A stretch of 64,000 nucleotides of DNA from Eledone cirrhosa (taxonomy: Eukaryota). The notes under the pieces were generated by a model. The model was not told where the DNA came from, ran no database searches, and saw only the letters and a program-made list of their open reading frames with translations. The stretch covers positions 16,492,001-16,556,000 of the forward strand of contig OZ024761.1 of the NCBI GenBank assembly GCA_964016885.1, read 5' to 3'. The translations under genes were made by a program, and so were the position numbers. Shown here one piece after another: positions 31,461-45,360 of this stretch (positions within the stretch are counted from its first letter, which is position 1; each line of letters starts with the position of its first letter).

Positions 31461-31625
31461 CATCATTTCATTCTCCTCCGCATCCCCCTTATTCCCTCTC
31501 CCTCCCCTCATCACCATCATTCACCTCCTCCCTATCATCCTTTATAATTTTCTTCCTCGTTTCAAGGCTGGCACAAAGTAAATAGAACATCAACCCTTTA
31601 GCATTTACATTATGGAGGCACATTA

Positions 31626-31962
31626 TGGAGGCACATGGCTTAGTGGTTAGAGCATTGGCCTTGCAATCGAAAGGTTGTGAGTTCAATTCTCAGACCGGGT
31701 GATGTGTTGTTTCCTTGAGCAAGAGACTTTATTTCACATTGCTCCAGTTTACTCAGCTGTAGAAATGAGATGATAGGGACTGGGGTCTCTATCATTCCAC
31801 TGCAAAGTGGTCGTGGAGGTGCCACGGCAAAAAAGCACCCAGCACTCACTGTAAATGAGGTTGGTGTTAGGAAGGGCATCCAGCTGTAGAAATCAAGCCA
31901 GAATCAGTTCCCGTCCCACCCTTGCAAGCAGGGAAAAAGCGGACGTAAAATGAAAAATGAAA
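31626..31962 (+). mobile_element. SINE family A inserted in a piggyBac-type MITE
   Basis: Full-length copy. The host sequence ...TTTACATTA|CTCTTCCAGG resumes after the tail, and the first bases TGGAGGCACAT are duplicated. Confidence 0.9.
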
Positions 31963-33048
31963 ATTACTCTTCCAGGGAAATGCCTTCTCTATTCTGTCCG
32001 CCGGAGCTGTAGGGCAGCCAGCCCGTGGGACCTCATTTGCTCATAATAGTGAGTGGGGAGGGCGAGAGAGACGAAAGCGATGACAGTGGGAGTGCAGCTC
32101 CTCTGTGACCTGACCTGGAGTACATGTGTATATGTTTACTTCTATTCACCCCTCAAAGATAATCTAAAGCTGTGTTATTTACAACCATGTTAAATAAATT
32201 TACATTACTCTATATATACTATTGTATTTTCACAGTAAACATTATTTTACATAATTATCTCACATAATATCAAATCTATGAGATTTTGATATTTATTTTG
32301 AGAACAATACCTTAACATAAGTATAAGCAGCCAGTTTGAACAGAAGAGGTGAGAGAATTCTGATCAGATATGGCCAGTTTAAATGCTAAAGGGTTAATGT
32401 TAAAAATAGGAAATACGAGGAGGACCTATAAAGGGGTGTGTGGTTTAGTGGTTGGAGAATTAGATTTGCAATTGTGAGGTTGTGAGTTTGATTCCCAGAC
32501 TGGACAATGCATTCTGTCCTTCAGCAAAATACTTTATTTCACATAGCTCCTTCTGTTAGAAATTGTGACCCAGGTAGATAGTATTAGCAATGGAAAGACA
32601 AATGGAAACATTGTTTCCTTGGTCCAATTTGACAAGTTCCACCCCGCTCAGTAAGTGAATGAGGTCCGAGATCTTGTTAATCAATTCAATTGTTTAATCT
32701 ATAAGGAACTGCAAGGTAATATATCAAGATCGTTATGTTTTGTGGGTAGCCTTCAAACAAGAGACTTGCCCAAGGTGCCATAAATTGGCAGCTAGCAACA
32801 AAACGAGCTCCTTTACCCCTCAGCCATATCCTGGGCCTCTCTATATATTTTTTCTTATTCTTACCCACACCAACACATGTTTTTCAGATGTAAGAACCCC
32901 AATGAAACACAGATGTACTGTAAAAAAAAAAAATATATATATATATATAATCTAAAAACAAATAGCCCCCACCCCCACCTTCCCAACGTCTTTGTAAAAT
33001 AAAACAAAGGCAGTACTGTAATTAAAATATAAATTATGTAACTTAACC

Positions 33049-33094
<46 letters not shown>

Positions 33095-33519
33095 TATATA
33101 TATATATATATGAAAATAGATGCAGTAAAAACCTGTTAGACCATTACTCACCAGAGTACTCAATACTTGGGGTAGTAATGAGTGATAATGTGAAAGAGTT
33201 CGGACCACACACACACACCTATTTTGTATTTATAGTCTAAAGACTTAGCCATGGAGGTATTTTATGAAGCTATCATATAATAGACATCACACAGCCCCTC
33301 CTGATTCCCCTATTCTCCTTTCTTACCTTCTACACCTCAGTGTCCTTCTTTGTCTGCATGTTGGGCAACAGCCCTTATTCTCTTCTGTTTTACTATTTCT
33401 CTCCTTTCTATATTATTCTCCTTTGACTAACCCCATGCACATTCTATATTTGTGTAATTTGCCAGAGTTTGACTGAAGAAATGGGATTGTGTGCTCCCTA
33501 TTTTGAATTTATACATACA

Positions 33520-33859
33520 TCATTTCATTTTTTTCATCATTTCATTTTACGTCCGCTTTTTCCCTGCTAGCAAGGGTGGGACGGGAACTGATTCTGGCTT
33601 GATTTCTACAACTGGATGCCCTTCCTAACACCAACCTCATTTACAGTGAGTGCTGGGTGCTTTTTTTCCGTGGCACCTACACGACCACTTTGCAGTGGAA
33701 TGATAGGGACCCCAGTCCTATCATCTCATTTCTACAGCTGAGTAAACTGGAGCAATGTGAAATAAAGGGTCTTGCTCAAGGAAACAACACATCACCCGGT
33801 CTGAGAAATGAACTCACAACCTTTTGATTGCAAGGCCAATGCTCTAACCACTAAGCCAT
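33520..33859 (-). mobile_element. SINE family A
   Basis: Near full-length reverse-complement copy. Confidence 0.9.
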
Positions 33860-33934
33860 AGGTCACAGCCTTCATAAATAGATATATATATACACACATA
33901 TACATAATCACACATATACACATACACACTCATC

Positions 33935-35450
33935 GTCAGAGCTAGACGAACTTGGAAACAGAAGGCAACCTGGTGGAGAAAGATTTGGAAGTTGAAAGAG
34001 CCCTCAACCAGTAACAGATTCAAAGAAATTTTGCTTGACACCTATGATAGTAAAGAAGAACAGATAGAGACATTCAATGTAGAAGAGCATTGGGAGTTCC
34101 TGAAAGATAATTTACTGAAGGTGACAGACAAGATCTGTGGATGGAGCAAGACTACAGAGAGGAGGAGAGTGACTTGGTGGTAGAACAATAAGGTAGATGT
34201 GACAATTCAGGCTAAGAGACAGGTATGGAAACAATGGAATAACAGGGGAAGCAGGGTACACTACATAGAGGTTAGGAAGGACGCTAGATGACAAGTATAC
34301 TTAATAAGGAGGGAAACAGAGAATAAAAAATTCAAGCATGTTTTGCAACATGAGGACCAGAAACAGGTGTTCAGGATTGCAAAGTAGTGTGTTAGGGAAA
34401 ATTGCAGTGTCTGGGATGAGAAAGGTGCACTTGCCCTCACAGGCACCGAAAAGAAAGCTGCATGGAAGAACCATTATGAAAGATTACTGAATGAGGAGAA
34501 TGCATGGGAGAAAGATACTCTACTCCATGTGAACTCTACAGAAGGCTCAGCCATACAAGCCAGTAGTAGTATAGTCAGTAAGGCATTAAGGATATGAAGA
34601 CCAAGAAAGCAGCCGGTCCATCGGGAATAGTTGCCAAGATGCTGAAAGCATCTGGGTCGGTAGGTCACACCTTAACCACACGTATTGTAAACCAAGTAAT
34701 ACTAAATGGTGTTATACTGAATGATTGGTGCAACAGCATCATTGTCAACTGCTACAAGGGTAAAGGTGATGCACTAGATAGAAGAAACTATAGAGGCATC
34801 ATGTTGATGGATCAGGTCATGAAAGTAGCCGAAAGAGTTATAGCACTCCTGATTAGGGACTGGATAAATCTGGATGAGATGCAGTTCGGATTTGTACCAA
34901 GCAAAAGCACCACAGATGCACTCTTCCGAGTGAAGCAATTACAGGAAAAGTATGTGGCTAAAAGTAAGCCACTCTACCTGGCATTTGTTGATCTGGAGAA
35001 AGCTTTCAACATAATGCCCTGTGCCATAATCTGGTAGGCTCATAGAAAACTAGGAGTAGATGAGTGGCTTGTGAAGGCTATACAAGCCATGTATAGGGGA
35101 GCAGTCAGCAAAGTTAGGATTAACAATGACTATAGCAAGGAATTTAGTGTACAGGTTGGCGTCCACCAGGGCTCTGTTCTTGGCCCTCTCCTGTTTATTA
35201 TTGTACTACAGGCTATAAAGGAGTTTAAGACTGGCTGTCCATGAGACCACCTGTATGCGGATGATCTTACACTCATAGTAGAATCTATGGTGGAACTAGA
35301 GAAGAAATTCCAAACATGGAAGCAGGGCCTAGAAACAAGGGATCTTAAAGTCAACCTGACAAAGACTAAGGTCCTAGTAAGTAGAAGAGAAAACAGAACA
35401 CTGATCCCCTCAGGTAAATGGCCTTGCTCAGTATGTAGGAAAGGTGTAGG
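33935..35450 (+). mobile_element. Decayed RTE LINE fragment (linker + RT), related subfamily
   Basis: MKTKKAAGPSGI, YKGKGDALDRRNYRGI, DEMQFGFVPSKSTTDA, AFVDLEKAF, GVHQGSVLGPLLF, LYADD and GKWPCSVCRKG, with several in-frame stops. Confidence 0.93.
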
Positions 35451-36207
35451 TGTCACGACAAAAAGCACTCAGTCCACACTATAGTGGTCATGCGGGCATC
35501 ACAACAAAAAGCACCCAGTATTCACTGTAAATGTGGTTGGTGTTAGGAAGGGCATCCAACTGTAGAAACCAAGTCAAAATCAGTTCTGTATAATCAAGAC
35601 ATGATCACCTGACCTGGCATTGCTCACAACAGGACAACTCATTCAACCCATGCTAGCATGGAAAAATGGACATTAAACAGTGATGATGATATACAAGTAT
35701 ACACACACAATCATATAGACATATACACTCACACATATATACCCATATATATGCACACATATACATGCTCACATAGACACACAAACACATTTATACACAT
35801 ATAAACACACAATTAAACTAGGTTAAAAAGTTATTAAGACTGGAATTTCTAGAAAATATTTACAAAACAATCAACTAAGTCAACTTAAACTCATTAATTA
35901 GAAAGAACTAATTACAAAAAACTCATTAATTACAAAAAAGAATCCTAGAAACAATTATTTGCCTCCCTCCCTGTTGAAACAATCACCACAAGGTAATCAC
36001 ACAATGACTTGCCTCCCTCTCTCCCTGTTGAAACAGCCACCACAATTAATTTCCTCCCTCCCAACGAAAACAATCACCACAAGGTAATCACACAATTTGT
36101 CACACTTATTCCTGAGAGGGTGTGGAGAGCAGGGTCCTTAAACCCTCCTTCCAGCGGGGCCCTGTCTCTAACTAACCCGGCTGGATCCCCAAGCGTGACC
36201 AGCCCAG

Positions 36208-37275
36208 CTACATACATAAATATACATACATGCATATAAATATACATATATACATACATACATATAAATATACATACATACATGCATATAAATATACATA
36301 CATACATATAAATATACATACATACATATAAATATACATACATACATATAAATATACATACATACATATAAATATACATACATACATATAAATATACATA
36401 CATACATATAAATATACATACATACATATAAATATACATACATACATATAAATATACATACATACATATAAATATACATACATACATATAAATATACATA
36501 CATACATATAAATATACATACATACATACATATAAATATACATACATACATACATATAAATATACATACATACATACATATAAATATACATACATACATA
36601 CATATAAATATACATACATACATACATATAAATATACATACATACATACATATAAATATACATACATACATATAAATATACATACATACATACATATAAA
36701 TATACATACATACATATAAATATACATACATACATACATATAAATATACATACATACATACATATAAATATACATACATACATATAAATATACATACATA
36801 CATATAAATATACATACATACATACATATAAATATACATACATACATACATATAAATATACATACATACATACATATAAATATACATACATACATACATA
36901 TAAATATACATACATACATACATATAAATATACATACATACATACATATAAACATACATACATACATATAAACATACATACATACATATAAATATACATA
37001 CATGCATACATATAAATATACATACATACATACATATAAATATACATACATACATACATATAAATATACATACATACATATAAATATACATACATACATG
37101 CATATAAATATACATACATACATGCATATAAATATACACGCATACATGCATATAAATATACATACATACATACATATAAATATACACACATACATGCATA
37201 TAAATATACACGCATACATATAAATATACACACATACATATAAATATACACACATACATATAAATATACATACAA
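36208..37275. repeat. (TACA)n/TAAA compound minisatellite
   Basis: Units of 20-24 bp built from TACA and TATAAATA. Confidence 0.95.
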
Positions 37276-37279
37276 ACAT

Positions 37280-37310
<31 letters not shown>

Positions 37311-38329
37311 AAATAACTGTTTCTACATTTGGCACAAGGCCAGCAATTACCCAGTGTATTACTGGTACTTTATTTTATCGACCCCGAAAGGATGAAAGGC
37401 AAAGTTAACCTCGGCAGGATTTGAACTCGTATATAAAATAACATGCCAAGAACAGTTACACACACACACCAGTTACACACACACACACACCAGTTACACA
37501 CACACACACACCAGTTACACACACACACACACACCAGTTACACACACACAAAACAGTTACACACACACAAAACAGTTACACACACACAAAACAGTTACAC
37601 ACACACCAAACAGTTACACACACACCAAACAGTTACACACACACAAAATCAGAGCCAGCAAGAACATCAATGGTGGTAGCAGCTCCATAAACTAAGAGGA
37701 GCAGGAAGAGGAGGTGTGAGAACCCAGCAGTCAGTAAAAACCAGCAGCAGTCTAGTGGTGGTGGAGGTGGTGGTTGAACCAGTAAAAATGGTAAATTTGG
37801 CAGTCTCTTACTTGACATTGGCATTCAAAGACTGACTAACAACAACAACAACAACACTTACTAGAAAATCAGGAAATTCATTCACAGAGATTCCTTTCAA
37901 CTTGGCAATGGTTGAAATTTATTTTAACCCTTTCATCACCATATTTCTAATGGAAGAAACTGCCTATAGTTTTCAGATAATTTTTTAAATAATCAAGAAT
38001 TTGGAGCGATTTAGTAATATAACTAAATTTCTCATTATTCAGATGGTGTTTGGAACATAGCAAAGATTCTTACACAAAATTATGAAAATTATAAACATTT
38101 TAACCCTTTTGTTATATTTCCCATGAAAGACACTGTCAAACATTTTCAAATAATTTTGAAAATAAATCAAGAATTTGGAGCGATTTAGTGATATAACTTT
38201 CACATATTTAAGATAGTGTTTGGAACAAAGTTTTTTTTATATAAAATTACAAATGGAAGTTTTTAGATGAATTTTAATCAGGGCCAATATTCACACAGGA
38301 AAGCATATGTTTACATATATACTTACATT

Positions 38330-38680
38330 TTAAAATCTGCTGACTGCATTTTAATATAGAACCAGCACTAGGGAGGTAGTTGTGCCCTATATTCTGACAT
38401 TTTAAAATGTGCCAACTGCATTTTAACACAGAACCAGCACAAGGGAGGTGTTTGTGTCCTGTGTTCTTAATTTTAGAATGTGCTGACTGCATTTTAACAT
38501 AGAACCAACACCAGGGAGGTAGTTGTGCCCTACTTTCTTACATTTTAGAATGTGCTGACTGCATTTTAACATAGAACCAGCCCTAGTGAGATAGTTGTGC
38601 CCTGTGTCCTTACAGTTTAGAATGTGCTGACTAAATTTAAACATAGAATCAGTCCTAATGAGGTACTTGTGCCCTGGATA
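38330..38680. repeat. Degenerate 72-bp tandem repeat, ~4.7 copies
   Basis: TGCTGACTGCATTTTAACATAGAACC recurs at ~72-bp spacing. Confidence 0.85.
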
Positions 38681-38894
38681 CAACTGAAGACAACACTTGA
38701 CACTATGTTTGGCAAGATTTCTACAGTTAGATATTCTTGCTAACACCAACCATTTTACAGTGTATTGGGTGCATTTTATCAACTGGAAAAGGACAGAGTT
38801 GGCATCAAGTATATTACAATATCTTTCTGTGTATATTAAACAAATGCTACCACAAAGCATAGATGAGGTAATAGAAAAGGAGTTGGTTTTTGTT

Positions 38895-39120
38895 GTGTGT
38901 GTATGAGAAGACTGTGCTGGTATGGACACATGATGCGTATGGATGATGGCAGTTGGATAAAAATGTACAAAGATTTCCAGATGGAATAAAACCACAGAAG
39001 ACATGAAAACTGATCTTAAAGTGTTTGACCTCACAAAGGAGATGGTGAGACACTGTTTTAGAAAGGACCTGTCCAACCCAAGCGAGCATGAAAAAAAAAA
39101 CATGGGTGATGATGATGGTG
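38895..39120 (+). mobile_element. RTE LINE 3' end remnant
   Basis: RLCWYGHMMRMDDGSWIK-like and MKTDLKVFDLTKEMV translation, homologous to 10560-10810, ending in a GAT-rich tail that runs into (GGT)n. Confidence 0.75.
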
Positions 39121-39419
39121 GTGGTGGCAGTAGTGGTGATGGTGGCGGTGGCAGTAGTGGTGATGGTGGCAGTGGTGATGACGGTGGTGGTGGTGGTGAT
39201 GACGGTGGTGGTGGTGGTGATGACGGTAGTGGTGGTGGTGGCAGTGATGGTGGTGGTGGTGGTGGTGGTGGTGGCAGTGATGGTGGTGGTGGGGGTGCTG
39301 CTGCTGATTTCACTTCATGAGACGTAAAGACTGTTCAACATTTGTCATTTCAACCCCCAAAACATTGACAAAATCTAAATCAATGATACCTGCAGGACTT
39401 GTCTATCCAGTTTTATAAT

Positions 39420-39457
39420 ATATACACACACACATATATATATATATAAATATACAT

Positions 39458-39488
<31 letters not shown>

Positions 39489-40371
39489 CATACATACATA
39501 CACATATATAAATATACATACACACATATATAAATATACATACACACATATATAAATATACATACACACATATATAAATATACATACACATATATATAAA
39601 TATACATACACATATATATAAATATACATACACATATATATAAATATACATACACATATATATAAATATACATACACATATATAAATATACATACACATA
39701 TATAAATATACATACACATATATAAATATACATACACACATATATAAATATACATACACACATATATAAATATACATACACACATATATAAATATACATA
39801 CACATATATATAAATATACATACATATATATAAATATACATACACATATATATAAATATACATACACATATATATAAATATACATACACATATATAAAAA
39901 TATACATACACATATATAAAAATATACATACACATATATAAAAATATACATACACATATATATAAATATACATACACATATATATAAATATACATACACA
40001 TATATAAATATACATACACATATATATAAATATACATACACATATATATAAATATACATACACATATATATAAATATACATACACATATATATAAATATA
40101 CATACACATATATATAAATATACATACACATATATATAAATATACATACACATATATATAAATATACATACACATATATATAAATATACATACACATATA
40201 TATAAATATACATACACATATATAAATATACATACACATATATATAAATATACATACACATATATATAAATATACATACACATATATATATATATACATA
40301 CACATATATATATATATACATACATATATATATATATATATATACATACACATATATATATATATATACAT

Positions 40372-40410
<39 letters not shown>

Positions 40411-40568
40411 CATACATACATCCATACACGCGCACATATATGTACATATATATATATATATATATACACACACATACATCCATACATACACACGCACATA
40501 TATGTACACATATATATATATATATATACACACATACATGCACACACCTTTATATATACATGTGTATA

Positions 40569-40600
<32 letters not shown>

Positions 40601-40715
40601 GAGAGACATATATATATATGCACACACATATATACACATATGCACACACATATATACATATACACACACATATATACATATACACACATATATATACATA
40701 TACACACATATATAC
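39420..40715. repeat. TA/CA compound minisatellite
   Basis: Unit approximately TATAAATATACATACACATATA. Confidence 0.95.
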
Positions 40716-40920
40716 ACAGTCCACACAGTAAAGTGGTCGATTTGGTGCCACAATAAAAAGCACCCAGTCCACACAGTAAAGTGGTCGATTTGGTGCCACA
40801 ATAAAAAGCACCCAGTCCACACAGTAAAGTGGTCGATTTGGTGCCACAATAAAAAGCACCCAGTCCACACAGTAAAGTGGTCGATTTGGTGCCACAATAA
40901 AAAGCACCCAGTCCACACTG
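40716..40920 (+). repeat. 48-bp SINE-derived tandem repeat, 4+ copies
   Basis: Unit CAGTCCACACAGTAAAGTGGTCGATTTGGTGCCACAATAAAAAGCACC, continuing into a family-B SINE. Confidence 0.92.
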
Positions 40921-41459
40921 TAAGGTGGTTATTTTGGTGTTGTGATAAAAAAAAACACCCAGTTCACACTGTAAAGTGGTTGTTTTGGAGTCATGATAGA
41001 AAACGTCCAGACCAAACTATAAATGTGGTTGGTGTTAGGAAGGGCATACATCTGTAGAAACCATGCCAAAAACAGTTCTGTATAAGCAAGACATGGTCAT
41101 CTGATCTGACTTGTCGCACAACAGGACAACCAGTCTAACCCATGCTAGCTTTGAAAATAAACATTAAATGGTGATGATGATAATGACTTATAAATATATA
41201 TATATATATAAAAAAAACACACACACACATATATATATACACATACAATATAATTATTGGATAACATACCAAACATTTTAGGAACTAAGTGACTTAATTG
41301 TTTTTAATCATGTTAATTGTAGCTATTGTTCATTAAGAAGTGAGGGGCGGGGGGATTTTCAACCTCCGCCCCTCTCTTTCTTTACAAACCTACATCACAT
41401 TTCATTATTGTTTATATGGAACTATATAACAGTATTTACAGCTGTTTATTAGCAACACC

Positions 41460-42900
41460 CTGGGTAGCTGAAGGAGGGGACCCTGGGTAGATGTAGGAGA
41501 GAGTCACTGGGTAGATGTAGGAGAGAGTCACTGGGTAGATGTAGGAGAGAGTCACTGGGTAGATGTAGGAGAGAGTCACTGGGTAGATGTAGGAGGGTTA
41601 CTGCGTAGGTGTAAGAGTCATTGGGTAGCTGGAAGAGAGAGAGTATCTGGGTAGATGGAGAACAAAGACCCTGTGTAGATGGAGGAGAGGCTCTGGGTAG
41701 ATGGAGGAGAGGCTCTGGGTAGATGGAGGAGAGGCTCTGGGTAGATATAGGACAGAGACCCTATGTAGATGGAGGACAGAGATCTGTAAATGGAGGAAAG
41801 CGACACTGTGTAAATGGAAGACAAAGACCTCTTGATAGCTGGAAGACAAAGACCTCTGGGTAGCTGGAGGACAAAGACCTCTGGGTAGCTGGAGGACAAA
41901 GACCTCTGGGTAGCTGGAGGACAAAGACCTCTGGGTAGCTGGAGGACAAAGACCTCTGGGTAGCTGGAGGACAAAGACCTCTGGGTAGCTGGAGGACAAA
42001 GACCTCTGGGTAGCTGGAGGACAAAGACCTCTGGGTAGCTGGAGGACAAAGACCTCTGGATAGCTGGAGGACAAAGACCTCTGGGTAGCTGGAGGACAAA
42101 GACCTCTGGGTAGCTGGAGGACAAAGACCTCTGGGTAGCTGGAGGACAAAGACCTCTGGGTAGCTGGAGGACAAAGACCTCTGGGTAGCTGGAGGACAAA
42201 GACCTCTGGATAGCTGGAGGACAAAGACCTCTGGATAGCTGGAGGACAAAGACCTCTGGGTAGCTGGAGGACAAAGACCTCTGGGTAGCTGGAGGACAAA
42301 GACCTCTGGGTAGCTGGAGGACAAAGACCTCTGGATAGCTGGAGGACAAAGACCTCTGGGTAGCTGGAGGACAAAGACCTCTGGGTAGCTGGAGGACAAA
42401 GACCTCTGGGTAGCTGGAGGACAAAGACCTCTGGATAGCTGGAGGACAAAGACTTCTGGGTAGCTGGAGGACAAAGACCTCTGGGTAGCTGGAGGACAAA
42501 GACCTCTGGATAGCTGGAGGACAAAGACCTCTGGATAGCTGGAGGACAAAGACCTCTGGGTAGCTGGAGGACAAAGACCTCTGGATAGCTGGAGGACAAA
42601 GACCTCTGGATAGCTGGAGGACAAAGACCTCTGGATAGCTGGAGGACAAAGACCTCTGGATAGCTGGAGGACAAAGACCTCTGGATAGCTGGAGGACAAA
42701 GACCTCTGGGTAGCTGGAGAACAAAGACCTCTGGGTAGCTGGAGGACAAAGACCTCTGGGTAGCTGGAGGACAAAGACCTCTGGGTAGCTGGAGGACAAA
42801 GACCTCTGGGTAGCTGGAGGACAAAGACCTCTGGGTAGCTGGAGGACAAAGACTTCTGGATAGCTGGAGGACAAAGACTTCTGGGTAAATGGAGGACAGC
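41460..42900. repeat. 25-bp minisatellite (~42 copies) with diverged 23-24-bp border units
   Basis: Unit CTGGGTAGCTGGAGGACAAAGACCT. Confidence 0.97.
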
Positions 42901-43458
42901 ACCCTGAATAACTGTAGGTATATAAGACAAAAAGTGTAGACTGTGTAACTTCTCAGTGACACAGTTGTAGAGGGATGTGGCCTAGTGGTAAGTCTATTGG
43001 ACTTACAGTCATATTGTCGTGGGTTCAATTCCTGGACTGAGTTGTGTGTTGCGTTCTTGAGCAAAACACTTCATTTCATATTGCTACAGTATACTCAGCT
43101 GAAAATGAGAACTAGTCATAGCTGAGGGTTGAACTCTGTGATGGTGTAGCGTCCTGTCCAGGGAAGGGAGGTCTTGTACTCTCAGTAGCTTTATACCATG
43201 AAAATCAAGATAAGCACCAGCCTGATGAGCTTCCAGGCCAGAGAGATTTTAGCGTGACACAGTGGTAATAATTTAACCCTTTAGCATTTACATTACTCTA
43301 TATTAACTATTGCTTTTTCATGGTAAATGCTTCTTTATCGCAATATCGAATCTATGAAATTTCAATATTATTTATTTTGAGAACAATACTTTAACATTAG
43401 TATGAGTGACCAGTTACGGCCAGTTCGGACAGAAATAGGTGAGAGAATTCTAGCTGCA

Positions 43459-43787
43459 TGGAGGCACATGGCTTAGTGGTTAGAGCATTGGCCTTGCAAT
43501 CGAAAGGTTGTGAGTTCAATTCCCAGACCGGGGGATGTGTTGTTTCCTTGAGCAAGACACTTTATTTCACATTGCTCCAGTTTACTCAGCTGTAGAAATG
43601 AGATGATAGGGACTGGGGTCCCTATCATTCCACTGCAAAGTGGTCGTGGAGGTGCCACGGCAAAAAAGCACCCAGCACTCACTGTAAATGAGGTTGGTGT
43701 TAGGAAGGGTATCCAGCTGTAGAAATCAAGCCAGAATCAGTTCCCGTCCCACCCTTGCAAGCAGGGAAAAGCGGACGTAAAATGAAA
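43459..43787 (+). mobile_element. SINE family A inserted in MITE 43272-43822
   Basis: Full-length copy, with MITE halves on both sides. Confidence 0.9.
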
Positions 43788-44621
43788 TTATGTTACAGCT
43801 GGTTTAAAGGCTACAGCGTTAAGTGTATCATGTTAACCCTTTGTAAAAATCTGTACTGGAAATGTGCTGGTGACCAGGTTGCAAGCCGAGCAACAAAAAT
43901 GCTGAGCCCCTCGAAAATAAACGGTACATTTAAAATGAGTTCAAAATCATCCGAGGTTAGCTTTGCCTTTCATCCTAATGGAGTCGATAAAGTTTGAAGG
44001 GGGGGGGGGGGGGGGGGGGTTAAATCGACCCAGTGCATTACTGGCACTTTATTTTATCGACCCCGTAAGGAAAAAAGGCAAAGTTAACCTCGACGAGATT
44101 TGAATACAGACTGTAAAGGGCCGTAACTATTTGCTGCAAAGCATAGAAGTCCGACCCTCTACTGATACTGCCAATAAAAATAATTAACAATACAAATATA
44201 TTTCACTAGCCTGAAGCTTTGTTTAAGAATAATATATGTGTGTGGTGGGGGGAATGTGGGAGGATATGGTGGAGGGAGTTCAACTAAAAGACTAAACATT
44301 ACAAAGAGTTAACAGGATGAATAACTCTTCATATGTATATATGTGACAATGACTAAAAAGAAAAAATACAGAATTTAGTGTAACATTTTAATCTAAGACT
44401 TACTAGGTTAAGTGATGCTGTGAGTTTTTTTAGTAGCAGACAATAAAATGATTTAATAGGCAGTAGGTAGGTGATAGTAGTGGTGGTAATGGTGGTGGTA
44501 GTGGTGGTAATGGTGGTGGTGATGGTGGTAGTGTTGATAGAAGTGACGGTGGTAGTGATGGTGGAGTGGCAGAGACTTTATGGTCTCAGACAAAAACTGC
44601 CTTGTGCTATTTTGTTACAGC

Positions 44622-44835
44622 TACGAAAGGCTGGCTAAAAGGTTTATTGGCTGACCAAGATACTACAAGATACTCTCATGGAATGACCAAATGAGGTTTA
44701 TTTTTCAACATAGTCCCTGGAGAGAAAAAAATGCAGTTATTATTTAATAAGAAGGGTTGAAATTAATGCATGCAAGATTTCACACCTCTAGCATTACTCA
44801 TAGTCAGCCTATGAAGTTTCCAACCCACCCACGTA
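44622..44835 (-). mobile_element. Mariner-type MITE
   Basis: TA|CGAAAGGGCTGGCTAAAAGGTTTATTGGCTGAC...GTCAGCCTATGAAGTTTCCAACCCACCCACG|TA: imperfect TIRs with TA flanks. Copies lie at 4113-4300, 5341-5560, 12430-12525 and 44897-45022. Confidence 0.72.
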
Positions 44836-44853
44836 TGCATGTGTATGTATGTA

Positions 44854-44897
<44 letters not shown>

Positions 44898-45174
44898 AAG
44901 TTCACAGGCCGACCAAGATACTCTAATGGAATGACCAAATGAGACTTATTTTTCAACATAGTCCCTAGAAAGAAACAATGCAGTTCTTAATAAGAAGAGT
45001 TGACTCTTTCATAGTCAGCCTATCATCATTATCATTTTATGTCCCCTTTTCTATGATGACCGATGTGGGTTGGACAGGTTAGGGTTTTTTGAAACAATGT
45101 TTTACAGTCAGATGCCCTTCTAGTCACTAACTCTTTTTACTCGCCTCCTAGAACATGCACAGATACATATATGA

Positions 45175-45360
45175 TAATTGTTTCTACTTTAGGCACAAGG
45201 CCAGCAATTACCCAGTGCATTACTTTATTTTATCGACCCCGTAAGGATGAAAGGCAAAGTTAACCTCGACGGGATTTGAACTCAGACCGTAACGGGACGT
45301 AACTATGCTGGAAAGCATGGCGTCCGACTCTCTACCGATACTGCCAATCCACCGCCCTAA
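45175..45360 (-). mobile_element. tRNA-derived SINE with Nin/Deu-like domain
   Basis: GCCTTTCATCCTTACGGGGTCGATAAAATAA motif after A/B boxes, and tail GCTGGCCTTGTGCCTAAAGTAGAAAC. Other copies lie at 24788-24960(+), 27215-27410(+), 37320-37430(-), 43935-44175, 53375-53500(-) and 55560-55785(-). Confidence 0.75.

Noticed and set aside
37633-37824. 63-aa hydrophobic ORF resembling a signal peptide
   Set aside because: No recognisable homology or convincing splice sites, and it ends in a microsatellite.
36074-40918. Long Y/I/C/V/M-rich ORFs
   Set aside because: TA/CA microsatellite translations.
41598-43064. Three long minus-strand ORFs
   Set aside because: The 25-bp repeat cycles through all frames, and the start lies in a SINE.
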